A stretch of DNA of 32,000 nucleotides from Erysipelotrichaceae bacterium MTC7 (GCA_001695645.1 LVZN01000004.1:30001-62000), one strand, 5' to 3'. Numbered from the stretch's first letter, positions 7,922 through 16,594 are shown. Notes: generated from the letters alone by a model not told the origin. A program made the numbers and translations.

Positions 7922-9409
7922 TTATTTCTTGTGGTAAAGCTTTTGGGTTCTAAATTTTGGTGAACATGTGTAATTCATTTTTAAACGGTTGAATACATTT
8001 TCATCATCTTTTCGTAAGATGATGGTTGAATGCACTTCACAACCTTGTAGTTTTTTAAGCTGTTGCATTGCCAATTCAGCAACTGGGTTCGTGGTAGCAC
8101 TAACCGCTAACATCACCAACATCTCACCCGCGTGAATTCGTGGATTATTATTTCCTAAAATATCCGTTTTTAATTTTTGAACCGGTTCAATGACCGATGG
8201 TGAAATCAGTGGCAATTTATCATCAATTCCACCTAGTGCTTTGGCAGCATTCAACAATGCAGCAGAACTTGCGCGTAGCAGTGTCGATGTTTTCCCCGTG
8301 ATTAAGCGTCCATCTGGAAGCTCAATAGCCACTGCTGGTTCATCGGTTTCTTGGGCTTTGGCTTCACTGGCACCAACCACTTTTCGGTTACTTGGTTTTA
8401 AGTTTGCTTGGTTCATCAGCATTTCTATTTTTAAGATTGCCTCTTTACTTCCACCACCCAAGCGTTCGTTGACAAGGGCTTGATAATATCGACGTAAGAT
8501 TTCTTTATTGGCTGCATCTTGTGCAGCTTCATCATTCACAATGGCATAACCTGCCATATTTACTCCCATGTCGGTTGGACTTTTGTAAGGTGAGGTTCCA
8601 TTGATGTTTTCAAACATACGACGTAAGACAGGAAATACTTCCACGTCACGGTTGTACGAAACAACAGCTTCCCCATAGGCTTCCAAGTGGAAGGGATCAA
8701 TCATATTCACATCATCAAGTTCTGCCGTTGCCGCTTCATAGGCAAGGTTTACTGGATGTTTTAATGGAATGTTCCAAATTGGAAATGTTTCATATTTTGC
8801 ATATCCTGAACGAATCCCACGTTTATGATCGTGGTACATTTGCGACATACACGTTGCCATCTTTCCACTTCCTGGCCCTGGTGCAGTCACCACAATGAGT
8901 TCACGACTAGTTTCAATGTATTCATTTCGACCAAACCCATCATCACTCAAAATCAAATCCACATCGCTAGGGTATCCTTCAATGGAATAGTGGATAAATA
9001 CCTTTACATCCATTTGTTCCAAACGTTCACGGAAATGGACCGCAGTTGGTTGTGACATAAATTGGGTAATGACCACACTTCCTACATATAAATCGACACT
9101 ACGAAAAGCATCGATTAGACGTAAGACCTCTTGGTCATAGGTAATCCCTAAATCGCCACGTACTTTACTTCCTTCGATATCATTGGCATTGATAACGATT
9201 ACGATTTCTACTTTATCTTGTATCTTTGAAAGCATTTGAACTTTGATATCTGGTGAAAATCCTGGCAAGACTCTTGATGCATGATAATCATCAAATAATT
9301 TTCCACCAAACTCCAAATATAAGCGATTATCAAAGCCGGCAATCCGCTTTAAAATGTTCTCGCTTTGCAACTCTAAATACTTTTCTGAATTAAATGCTAT
9401 TTGCTCCAT
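7922..9409 (-). CDS. DUF1846 / UPF0371 family protein (function unknown)
   Basis: Track ORF 7922-9421. I prefer the ATG at 9409 (MEQIAFNSEKYLELQSENILKRI...FGGKLFDDYHASRVLPGF...), which matches my recollection of the conserved UPF0371 N-terminus. About 495 aa. Confidence 0.8.
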   Translation of the reverse strand: MEQIAFNSEKYLELQSENILKRIAGFDNRLYLEFGGKLFDDYHASRVLPGFSPDIKVQMLSKIQDKVEIVIVINANDIEGSKVRGDLGITYDQEVLRLIDAFRSVDLYVGSVVITQFMSQPTAVHFRERLEQMDVKVFIHYSIEGYPSDVDLILSDDGFGRNEYIETSRELIVVTAPGPGSGKMATCMSQMYHDHKRGIRSGYAKYETFPIWNIPLKHPVNLAYEAATAELDDVNMIDPFHLEAYGEAVVSYNRDVEVFPVLRRMFENINGTSPYKSPTDMGVNMAGYAIVNDEAAQDAANKEILRRYYQALVNERLGGGSKEAILKIEMLMNQANLKPSNRKVVGASEAKAQETDEPAVAIELPDGRLITGKTSTLLRASSAALLNAAKALGGIDDKLPLISPSVIEPVQKLKTDILGNNNPRIHAGEMLVMLAVSATTNPVAELAMQQLKKLQGCEVHSTIILRKDDENVFNRLKMNYTCSPKFRTQKLYHKK

Positions 9410-9435
9410 ATGTAACCTCATTCACTTTCCCTAAC

Positions 9436-9444
9436 ATTATAGCA
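9436..9444 (-). promoter_or_regulatory. Extended -10 element (TGCTATAAT) for the DUF1846 operon
   Basis: The minus strand reads TGCTATAAT, a perfect TGnTATAAT, 27 nt upstream of the 9409 start. No good -35 is present. Confidence 0.4.
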
Positions 9445-9800
9445 AACTTCTTGCCTGAAAGGGATGTGAAGTGGACATATTTGCACTTATTTTGAAGTAC
9501 ACTTTTTCATGACATCCGTATTCTTAAAATTACTCAATCATGCTTTGTTTATATTTTATTATTATGTGATAGTATTAAAAAATATATTTTCATTTACTTA
9601 CATTTCTTTACATTTTGTTGCAAAACACTGGAAATCTTGACATATCTATAGTATTATGTAGGTGCTATCAAATGTGATATGTTGATGGTATGTGTTATAT
9701 TTTGGTGTCATATCCATGTGTGATGGATATACGCCTTATAAAGGGATGGAAATGTCTATATACAATTAGTTTTACTATAATACAGGCAGAACCAAAGAAG

Positions 9801-9839
9801 AAAGTATTCGCCATATAATGAATACTTTTTTTCTTTTTT
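9801..9839 (+). terminator. Orphan intrinsic terminator with no annotated gene upstream
   Basis: AAAGTATTC (9801-9809) pairs with GAATACTTT (9820-9828) around a 10-nt loop, followed by TTTTTTTCTTTTTT. No plausible CDS precedes it on the plus strand. Confidence 0.6.
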
Positions 9840-9894
9840 ATTGTATACGTCTTTATGTAACTTGTTACATTTTATGAAAAAATTACATTTTTTA

Positions 9895-9923
9895 TTGACA
9901 ATCATTTTCATGTTTGTTAATAT
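9895..9923 (+). promoter_or_regulatory. Sigma-A promoter of the T-box/ABC operon
   Basis: TTGACA (9895-9900), a 17-nt spacer, then TAATAT (9918-9923). The predicted transcription start is about 9930, exactly at the base of Stem I. Confidence 0.65.
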
Positions 9924-9929
9924 TTGAGA

Positions 9930-10210
9930 AACCAATGAATGGGAGATCAAGCGATCTAAGCGCTAATAGAGAGTGAGTGAAGGTGGAAATCTCACAGAGA
10001 TGCTGTTTCGTAAATGGACCCATGAGGGCGAACTGAACGACTTATGTCAAGTAGGCAAGACGTATACCTGCGTTATAAGGTTAAGAATGTGATAGCATTT
10101 GAAAGTTGGATTTGTTTAATTTAAGTTGGCAAATCAAACAAGGTGGCACCGCATGTGTAAGATACACTTGTCCTTGAGCTTATTTTTTAAGCAAGGATGA
10201 GTGTTTTTTT
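9930..10210 (+). promoter_or_regulatory. T-box riboswitch leader with a probable tryptophan (UGG) specifier and a terminator/antiterminator
   Basis: Stem I base has a K-turn-like arrangement: ACC-AAT-GA-ATGGG (9931-9943) against CCCAT-GA-GG (10019-10027). Other elements are the AGAGA box (9968-9972), distal loop GGTGGAA (9982-9988), AGTAGG (10050-10055) and an F-box-like CTGCGTTA (10068-10075). The T-box sequence is AAACAAGGTGGCACCGCATG (10136-10155). The terminator is ACACTTGTCCTTGAGCTTA/TAAGCAAGGATGAGTGT plus T7 (10165-10210). Confidence 0.85.
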
Positions 10211-10264
10211 ATTTCATTGCTACATTAAATGCATCATGACCAAAACATATAGGAGGAAATGAAA

Positions 10265-11239
10265 ATGAAAAAAGTATTATGTTTGGCTATGAGTTTATTA
10301 TGTGTATTTACACTAGTTGCCTGTTCAGGCGAAAAAGAAAGTAGTAAAGAAAGCAAAACCGTTGGTATTGTCCAAATTGTTGACCACGCTTCGTTAAATA
10401 CGATTCGTGAAGCTGCGGTTAAAGAAATTGAAAAAGAAAACAAAGACGTGAAAATCATCTATAAAAATGCAAATGGTGATATGTCAACGTTGAACACGAT
10501 TTGCCAACAATTCAAAGAAGACGGTGTAGATGCAATCATTGCAATCGCAACCCCTTCTGCTATGGCTGCAGCAAACGTTAGTAAAGACATTCCCGTGATT
10601 TTCTCAGCGGTATCAGATCCAATCGGGGCAAACTTAGTAAAAAGTTTAGAAAAGCCAGGTGGAAATATTACCGGTACAAGTGATGAAGTACAAGTTGATC
10701 AAATCTTAGATTTAGCAAAAGAAATGATTCCAACTGCCAAAACAGTTGGTTTGTTATACAACTCAGGAGAAGCAAACTCAGTGAGTAATATGGATAAGGC
10801 AAAAGCCTACGCGAAAGAAAACGGTTTAACGGTAGTCGAAGGTGCATTTGCTAACACGAGTGATATTCAAAGTGCGATGCAAAGTTTATGTGACAAAGCC
10901 GATATCGTCTTTACACCAAATGACAACTCAGTTGCTAGTGCAATGGATGTCGTCAGTGCAGTAGCAAACAAAACGAATACACCATTATTTGTTGGTGCAG
11001 ATTCGATGGTTGCAGACGGTGGTCTTGCGACAGTTGGAATTGATTACACATCACTAGGGAAAGAAACAGGTTCAATGACAATCGATGTCCTTAATGGTAC
11101 AAAACCTGCAGATATTCCTGTCAAAGTATTCAAAGATAACCTAAGCGTGTACATCAACACGGATGTAGCAAGCAAACTAGGTCTTGATAACCTCGATGCA
11201 ATCAAGGCAAACCATAAAAAAGTAGTTGAAGTAAAGTAG
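10265..11239 (+). CDS. ABC transporter substrate-binding lipoprotein (ABC_sub_bind/TrpX-like family)
   Basis: MKKVLCLAMSLLCVFTLVAC|SGEK is a lipoprotein signal peptide with lipobox LVAC. AGGAGG at 10251-10256 favours the ATG at 10265 over the one at 10259. ...VGIVQIVDHASLNT...AIATPSAMAA...GNITGTSD... is typical of this solute-binding family. Confidence 0.85.
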   Translation: MKKVLCLAMSLLCVFTLVACSGEKESSKESKTVGIVQIVDHASLNTIREAAVKEIEKENKDVKIIYKNANGDMSTLNTICQQFKEDGVDAIIAIATPSAMAAANVSKDIPVIFSAVSDPIGANLVKSLEKPGGNITGTSDEVQVDQILDLAKEMIPTAKTVGLLYNSGEANSVSNMDKAKAYAKENGLTVVEGAFANTSDIQSAMQSLCDKADIVFTPNDNSVASAMDVVSAVANKTNTPLFVGADSMVADGGLATVGIDYTSLGKETGSMTIDVLNGTKPADIPVKVFKDNLSVYINTDVASKLGLDNLDAIKANHKKVVEVK

Positions 11240-11270
11240 TAGAAATTAGAAGTCTGTTGGAGGAACTTGT

Positions 11271-12194
11271 ATGAGTCTAAATACCATATTAGGAGCAATT
11301 GAATTGGGATTATTATTTTCCATCATGTCATTTGGAATTTATATAACCTTTAAAGTGTTGGATTTCCCTGATTTAACAGTGGATGGTAGTTTTACTGCCG
11401 GTGCGGTAACTAGTGCTGTTTTATCCATTGCAGGACATCCCTATCTTGCCATTCTTGCAGGAACGCTCGTTAGTTGCTTTGCTGGTATGGTCACAGGCTT
11501 TTTACACACCAAGATGAAGGTGAACTACATTTTGGCTGGAATCTTAACGATGACTGGACTTTACTCCATCAACTTAAAAATCGCTGGTGGTACACCAAAC
11601 CTATCACTGTTTAATGTCTCAACCATCTTTACCGAATTTCACGAGTTACTTACAAGCATCGGACTACCAAGTCAAGTGTTAGAACGTAGCAACCTAATCC
11701 TATTGTTGTTGATTGTTATTGCTTGTATGTTAGTACTCAACCTTTTCTTTAAAACACAAATGGGACTCGCTTTACGAGCAACCGGAAACAATGAAGAAAT
11801 GGTCCGTGCAAGTTCCATCAATACAGATGCAATGAAGATTACCGGACTTGCTTTAGCCAATGCTTTTGTTGGTTTGTGCGCAGCGATTTATACACAACAC
11901 CAAACGTTTTATGATATTTCACAAGGAATTGGAATGATGGTTGTGGCTTTAACTAGCATCATCATTGGAGAAACGGTATTTGGAAAACGCACCGTGCTAA
12001 ATTCACTTGTTTCCATTGTGCTTGGAGCTATGATTTATCGTTTATTATTATCTTTCGCTTTAGCGCAAGGAATGGATCCAAACGACTGGAAATTACTGTG
12101 TGCTTCACTTGTAGCAATTGTCATCTCCATTCCTACCATCAAGTTGTTTATCGAAAAACGTCGCAAACGTGCACGTCGTTATGGAGGAAAGTAA
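11271..12194 (+). CDS. ABC transporter permease
   Basis: 307-aa polytopic membrane protein directly downstream of the binding protein, with a basic C-terminal tail (KRRKRARRYGGK). Confidence 0.88.
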   Translation: MSLNTILGAIELGLLFSIMSFGIYITFKVLDFPDLTVDGSFTAGAVTSAVLSIAGHPYLAILAGTLVSCFAGMVTGFLHTKMKVNYILAGILTMTGLYSINLKIAGGTPNLSLFNVSTIFTEFHELLTSIGLPSQVLERSNLILLLLIVIACMLVLNLFFKTQMGLALRATGNNEEMVRASSINTDAMKITGLALANAFVGLCAAIYTQHQTFYDISQGIGMMVVALTSIIIGETVFGKRTVLNSLVSIVLGAMIYRLLLSFALAQGMDPNDWKLLCASLVAIVISIPTIKLFIEKRRKRARRYGGK

Positions 12195-12195
12195 C

Positions 12196-13005
12196 ATGTT
12201 AGAACTTAAAGATATCAGTATTACTTTCAACGAAAATACCGTGAATGAGAAAAAAGCTTTGCAGCACATTTCCTTAACTGTGAATGATGGTGACTTTATT
12301 ACCATTATTGGAAGTAATGGAGCAGGAAAAAGCACATTGCTTAACTGCATTAGTGGAAGTTATGAAATTGATGAAGGACAAATCATCTTAAATGGAAAAC
12401 ATATGGAATACATGAAAGAGTACAACCGTGCCAAGAAAATTGGTCGACTCTTCCAAGATCCATTAAAAGGAACTGCACCCGATATGAGTATCGAAGAAAA
12501 CTTGGAACTTGCCTATCGTCGGGGAAATGAACAAAACAGTTTGTATCATCGATTCTTTAAAATTGGTTTAACCAAAGCTGAACGCAAGTTGATGAAAGAA
12601 AAAGTTTCATTGTTAGGTCTGGATTTAGAATCACGTTTTGCAAGTAAAGTTGGACTGCTTTCAGGGGGACAGCGGCAAGCGTTAACACTAATGATGGCAA
12701 CCATCAATACACCAGACTTGCTTTTGCTTGATGAGCATACGGCCGCTTTGGATCCAAAGACAGCCAAGCAAGTTATGGAGATTACTGACCAGTTGATTAA
12801 AGACGAAAAAATTACCACCATCATGATTACACATAACATTGCCCAAGCCTTACATTATGGCAATCGTCTGATTATGATGAACGAAGGAAAGATTTTATAC
12901 GAATTCTCCAATGAGGAAAAAGCAAAATTGACCATTGAAGATGTGATGAAACTTTACCAACAAAAAAGTCACAACGATTTTAGTGACAGTATGTTATTAG
13001 ATTAA
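12196..13005 (+). CDS. ABC transporter ATP-binding protein
   Basis: Track ORF starts at 12118. The ATG at 12196 (MLELKDISITF...) follows GGAGG (12183-12187) and lies 1 nt after the permease stop. Walker A GSNGAGKST, signature LSGGQRQ, Walker B LLLLDEHTAALD. Confidence 0.9.
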   Translation: MLELKDISITFNENTVNEKKALQHISLTVNDGDFITIIGSNGAGKSTLLNCISGSYEIDEGQIILNGKHMEYMKEYNRAKKIGRLFQDPLKGTAPDMSIEENLELAYRRGNEQNSLYHRFFKIGLTKAERKLMKEKVSLLGLDLESRFASKVGLLSGGQRQALTLMMATINTPDLLLLDEHTAALDPKTAKQVMEITDQLIKDEKITTIMITHNIAQALHYGNRLIMMNEGKILYEFSNEEKAKLTIEDVMKLYQQKSHNDFSDSMLLD

Positions 13006-13102
13006 AAATTGCGAACCAATTGTGATCCTTGAATGATGTTGGAGGGCCTTCACTCCCTCCCGCATCGCCTCATAGTCATTGTGTTTGTTTATATAGGGAA
13101 AA

Positions 13103-13127
13103 GAGAAATCCATTTGGGTTTCTTTTT
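13103..13127 (+). terminator. Intrinsic terminator of the ABC operon
   Basis: GAAATCC (13105-13111) pairs with GGGTTTC (13116-13122) including one G-U pair, with a 4-nt loop, followed by TTTTT. Confidence 0.55.
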
Positions 13128-13322
13128 GTTTGTGTATTGTGTCGATATATGACTTCAAGCATGTTTGTATTCGATATTGTATTTTCCTTTTTTGAATGCG
13201 TACGTTATAATAGAGTCATAGTTTATCTCGTGGAAGTGATCTGCAAAGACATTTACCTACAACTTAAACCACAAATTAAACTATACTACGTTGCATTCAT
13301 ATGAAGTGACAGGAGGTATATC

Positions 13323-13940
13323 ATGAAAAAAACAAATATGAAACGCTTTACGCTACTCGCATTATTTATTGCGATTGAAGTAGCTGTTAGTGTCATCCCT
13401 TTTTTGGGATACATTAACTTAGGATTTATCAACGCAACAACGTTGCACATCCCTGTTATCGTTGCAGGAATCTTGCTTGGTAAAAAAGAAGGGGCATTGG
13501 TCGGACTGGTGTTCGGTTTAACTTCCCTCATTAAAGCAAGTATCGATCCAAACTTATCAAGTTTCGTCTTTTCCCCATTTATTACAATCGGTGGAAATAG
13601 TGGTAATTTTATAAGTGTGCTTATTGCCATCGTACCACGCGTACTGGTTGGTTTTAATGCCGGAATGATCTATGAGTTTTTAACAAAACATCATGCAAAT
13701 GACATTCTTTCCATGTCGATTGCAGCACTTGTTGGTTCATTCACCAATACGGTTTTAGTCCTTGGTGGAATCTACGTATTCTTTGGACCTGCATATGCAA
13801 GTGTTGTTAATGTTGCATACGATGCACTAATCGGCTTTATTATGTCGATTGTAACCGGTGCTGGAATTATGGAAGCTATTGCAGCTATCATTATTGCCGT
13901 TGCCGTTTGTAAAGCTGGTAAAAAAGTAATTTCAATATAA
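13323..13940 (+). CDS. ECF transporter S component, probably pantothenate-specific (PanT-like)
   Basis: 205-aa membrane protein with about six TM segments (MKKTNMKRFTLLALFIAIEVAVSVIPFLGYI...), typical of ECF substrate-capture subunits. RBS AGGAGG. The pantothenate assignment is inferred from the operon with coaBC and coaX. Confidence 0.7.
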   Translation: MKKTNMKRFTLLALFIAIEVAVSVIPFLGYINLGFINATTLHIPVIVAGILLGKKEGALVGLVFGLTSLIKASIDPNLSSFVFSPFITIGGNSGNFISVLIAIVPRVLVGFNAGMIYEFLTKHHANDILSMSIAALVGSFTNTVLVLGGIYVFFGPAYASVVNVAYDALIGFIMSIVTGAGIMEAIAAIIIAVAVCKAGKKVISI

Positions 13941-13950
13941 GGAGCAAAAG

Positions 13951-15126
13951 ATGAAACCATGTGTTGTAGTCGGTGTCACTAGTTCAATTGCAACATTTAA
14001 AGCAGTTCAACTTGTTAGTGACTTATTAAAAAAAGGATATGATGTGGAAGTGATTATGAGCGAAAACGCAACAAAGTTTGTGAGCCCTCTAACCTTTTCC
14101 TCATTAACAAAACATAAAACCTACGTGCAAACCTTTGATCGCGTAGACCATTATGATGTGGAACACATTTCCCTGGCTAAAAAAGCAGATGTGTTCATCA
14201 TTGCCCCAGCAACGGCAAACATCATTGCCAAAGTGGTGCACGGATTCGCTGATGATATGTTGTCAACGACATTTCTCGCAGCGAACTGTCCCAAGTTAAT
14301 TGCTCCAGCTATGAACACACAAATGTATCTCAATCCGATTACTCAAGAAAATCTAAACAAAGCCAAAGCGCTTGGTTACCATATGATTGAACCATGTGTT
14401 GGCTTACTTGCTTGTGGGGATACCGGTACTGGAAAACTTGCCGACATTCCAACCATGATTGATGCAATCCAAATGGTTAGTCATCGCGACAAACCACTGT
14501 TGCATAAAAAGGTACTTGTTAGTGCAGGACCAACCAGAGAAGCACTTGATCCTGTACGTTTCATTTCCAATCACAGCAGTGGAAAAATGGGCTATGCGTT
14601 AGCTCGTGCCGCTCGTGATATGGGTGCAAACGTGACCTTAGTAAGTGGTCCTGTACAATTACAAAAACCATATCATGTGGAAGTGGTCGATGTAATTAGC
14701 GCACAAGAGATGTTTGAGGCAGTCACAAAAGACTATGATTCGTATGATTATGTCATCATGGCTGCTGCTGTTGCGGATTATAGACCAGCTAAAGTTGCTG
14801 CTCAAAAAATAAAAAAACAGGAAGAAGCAACCAGTTTCGATGTAGTGAAAACACAAGATATCTTACAATATCTTGGCGATCATAAAACACATCAAAAACT
14901 TTGTGGCTTTGCCATGGAAAGTGAACACATGCTTGCAAATGCACGCAAGAAATTTGAAACAAAACATTGTGACTTACTTGTCGCAAACAATATTCATACA
15001 GAAGGTGCTGGTTTTGATGTTGATACAAACATCATCACTTTAATCAGTGACCAAGGAAATACAGAACTTGCACAGGCTAGTAAAGAAGAACTTGCTTACC
15101 AGATTTTAGAAGCACTGTGTAAATAG
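13951..15126 (+). CDS. coaBC: Bifunctional phosphopantothenoylcysteine decarboxylase / phosphopantothenate-cysteine ligase
   Basis: 391 aa. The N-terminal flavoprotein domain reads VVGVTSSIATFKAVQLVSDLLKKGYDV...PATANIIAKVVHGFADDMLST. The C-terminal DFP/ligase domain reads ...VSAGPTREALDPVRFISNHSSGKMGYALA...AAAVADYRP. Confidence 0.92.
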   Translation: MKPCVVVGVTSSIATFKAVQLVSDLLKKGYDVEVIMSENATKFVSPLTFSSLTKHKTYVQTFDRVDHYDVEHISLAKKADVFIIAPATANIIAKVVHGFADDMLSTTFLAANCPKLIAPAMNTQMYLNPITQENLNKAKALGYHMIEPCVGLLACGDTGTGKLADIPTMIDAIQMVSHRDKPLLHKKVLVSAGPTREALDPVRFISNHSSGKMGYALARAARDMGANVTLVSGPVQLQKPYHVEVVDVISAQEMFEAVTKDYDSYDYVIMAAAVADYRPAKVAAQKIKKQEEATSFDVVKTQDILQYLGDHKTHQKLCGFAMESEHMLANARKKFETKHCDLLVANNIHTEGAGFDVDTNIITLISDQGNTELAQASKEELAYQILEALCK

Positions 15127-15135
15127 GAGAAATTT

Positions 15136-15912
15136 ATGTTAGTTGTTATTGACGTTGGAAATACCAACATTACCATTGGATTATACGAAAGAAACAGCGA
15201 TAAACTGATTCAAAGTTATCGACTGACCGCACAAAATCGAATGACCAGTGATGAATACGGATTCTTTATGACCAGTTTTCTTAATGCAGCGAAAATTGAT
15301 GTCAAAGATATTGATGATGTCATCATCTCTAGTGTTGTGCCAAAGATTATGCACAGCTTTACCAATTCGATTCGCAAGTTTTTCAATATTGAGCCGATGA
15401 TTGTTGGACCAGGGGTAAAAACCGGAATTTCCATTCGCATTGACAACCCAAGGGAGCTTGGAGCTGACCGACTCGTAGATGCTGTAGGTGCATATTACGG
15501 GTATGGTGGTGACATTCTCGTCGTTGATTTTGGAACTGCAACTACCTTTGACTTTGTAAGTGCCAAAGGAGAATATCTAGGAGGAACAACCGCTCCTGGT
15601 ATTGAGATCAGCGCACAAGCCTTGTCAGGAAAAGCCGCAAAATTACCAGAAATACAAATACAGCGAGTCGATAACGTACTTGCAACAAATACAATTGATA
15701 GCATGCAAGCAGGGGTATACATCGGTTATGTGGGATTAACTGAGCATATCATTCAATTGTTTAAAGCGAAGATGGGAGACCACATCAAAGTTATTGCAAC
15801 CGGTGGTCTAGGAAGGATTATATCCGAAGGAACTGATGAGATTGATATTTACGATCCTGATCTTACCTTCAAGGGATTGCGAATGATATATGAGCGAACT
15901 AAAAAAGGTTAG
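15136..15912 (+). CDS. coaX: Type III pantothenate kinase
   Basis: MLVVIDVGNTNITIGLY..., ...GADRLVDAVGA..., ...VVDFGTATTFD... and ...ATGGL... are the characteristic CoaX (ASKHA fold) motifs. 258 aa. Confidence 0.9.
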   Translation: MLVVIDVGNTNITIGLYERNSDKLIQSYRLTAQNRMTSDEYGFFMTSFLNAAKIDVKDIDDVIISSVVPKIMHSFTNSIRKFFNIEPMIVGPGVKTGISIRIDNPRELGADRLVDAVGAYYGYGGDILVVDFGTATTFDFVSAKGEYLGGTTAPGIEISAQALSGKAAKLPEIQIQRVDNVLATNTIDSMQAGVYIGYVGLTEHIIQLFKAKMGDHIKVIATGGLGRIISEGTDEIDIYDPDLTFKGLRMIYERTKKG

Positions 15913-16594
15913 AAGCACCAGAACACAATTGGAAAGTCGTGGCTTTATTGAACATTTGGATATTTACCCAAATAAACGCGAACGAGAAATCTCGATTGCA
16001 AATTTAAATGATAAACAAGCCATCAAACGTACCATTGCCGCAAAACATCTTTCTCTTTTTGTAAATGAGGAAGAAATATGCAAGCTGTTACTGAAACGCT
16101 TAACCGTTGAAAAAGCACTATATACGCGAATGGAAATCTGTAAGTCCTTGCAATATGCAGACCAACAAGTTGGCTTACTGATTCAATATTTAGCCGCCAT
16201 TCCCAATAACCAATATACAAAGTTACCCAAACGTGTCACTAAAAAATCAAGTTACCCATTACCAAGAGATCTCATCGCAAGAACCCTTGGACGAATGGAT
16301 ATTGAAGTCTTACCAGAATTATTAAATACTTTAGTCATCAAACCACGTAAAGTCCAACGTGAGGCAATCATTGCCATTGGCTATCTTCTATACAACAATG
16401 ACTTCAGTGATGAAATTGTCTTCAAAATTATTGAAGCAACGTATGACAATTCCAAAGATCCTGTGTATCGTTGGAAAGTAATGATTGTGATGGGGCAACT
16501 GTTACCGTACAGTGAATCCTTCTTAAAAAGCATCAAAAACGATGGAAGTTTACGTTATAAAGAAGCACAAAAAGCATTATCAAAAAAGGGATGA
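15890..16594 (+). CDS. HEAT-repeat-like protein of unknown function
   Basis: 234-aa ORF whose only plausible ATG overlaps the coaX 3' end by 23 nt in another frame. It has repeated helical units (...RDLIARTLGRMDIEVLPELLNTL...VQREAIIAIGYLL...) resembling HEAT/PBS-lyase repeats. Confidence 0.5.
   Translation: MSELKKVRSTRTQLESRGFIEHLDIYPNKREREISIANLNDKQAIKRTIAAKHLSLFVNEEEICKLLLKRLTVEKALYTRMEICKSLQYADQQVGLLIQYLAAIPNNQYTKLPKRVTKKSSYPLPRDLIARTLGRMDIEVLPELLNTLVIKPRKVQREAIIAIGYLLYNNDFSDEIVFKIIEATYDNSKDPVYRWKVMIVMGQLLPYSESFLKSIKNDGSLRYKEAQKALSKKG

Noticed and set aside
9637-9642. Perfect TTGACA -35 hexamer in the orphan intergenic region
   Set aside because: No acceptable -10 lies 16-18 nt downstream (AGGTGC at 17 nt). 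The TATTAT and TATGTA hexamers are only 9-12 nt away.
9671-9703. Shared TG/TA-rich motif (ATGTGATA...TATGTGT.ATATT) between 9671-9703 (+) and about 29835-29865 (-)
   Set aside because: The alignment needs several gaps and the sequence is low-complexity (TG/TA repeats). Both end in extended -10-like elements, which probably accounts for the resemblance.
10033-10035. Alternative T-box specifier GAA-CUG-A (leucine)
   Set aside because: It matches the GAA-NNN-A pattern but lies 3' of the Stem I closing helix (CCCAT/ATGGG) rather than in the specifier loop. The UGGC bulge predicts a G73 tRNA, not the A73 I recall for tRNA-Leu. UGG at 10015-10017 fits the geometry and the transporter family.
13029-13304. 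91-aa ORF in the ABC-to-panT intergenic region, and the GC-rich hairpin GGAGGG-N8-CCCTCC at 13042-13061
   Set aside because: The ORF has a non-ATG-like context, no RBS and a Cys/Phe/Val-rich nonsense composition, and it spans a terminator. No U-tract follows the hairpin, and I could not match it to a riboswitch. I also checked for a pantothenate or CoA-related leader upstream of 13323 and found only a short palindrome, TTCATATGAA (13295-13304).
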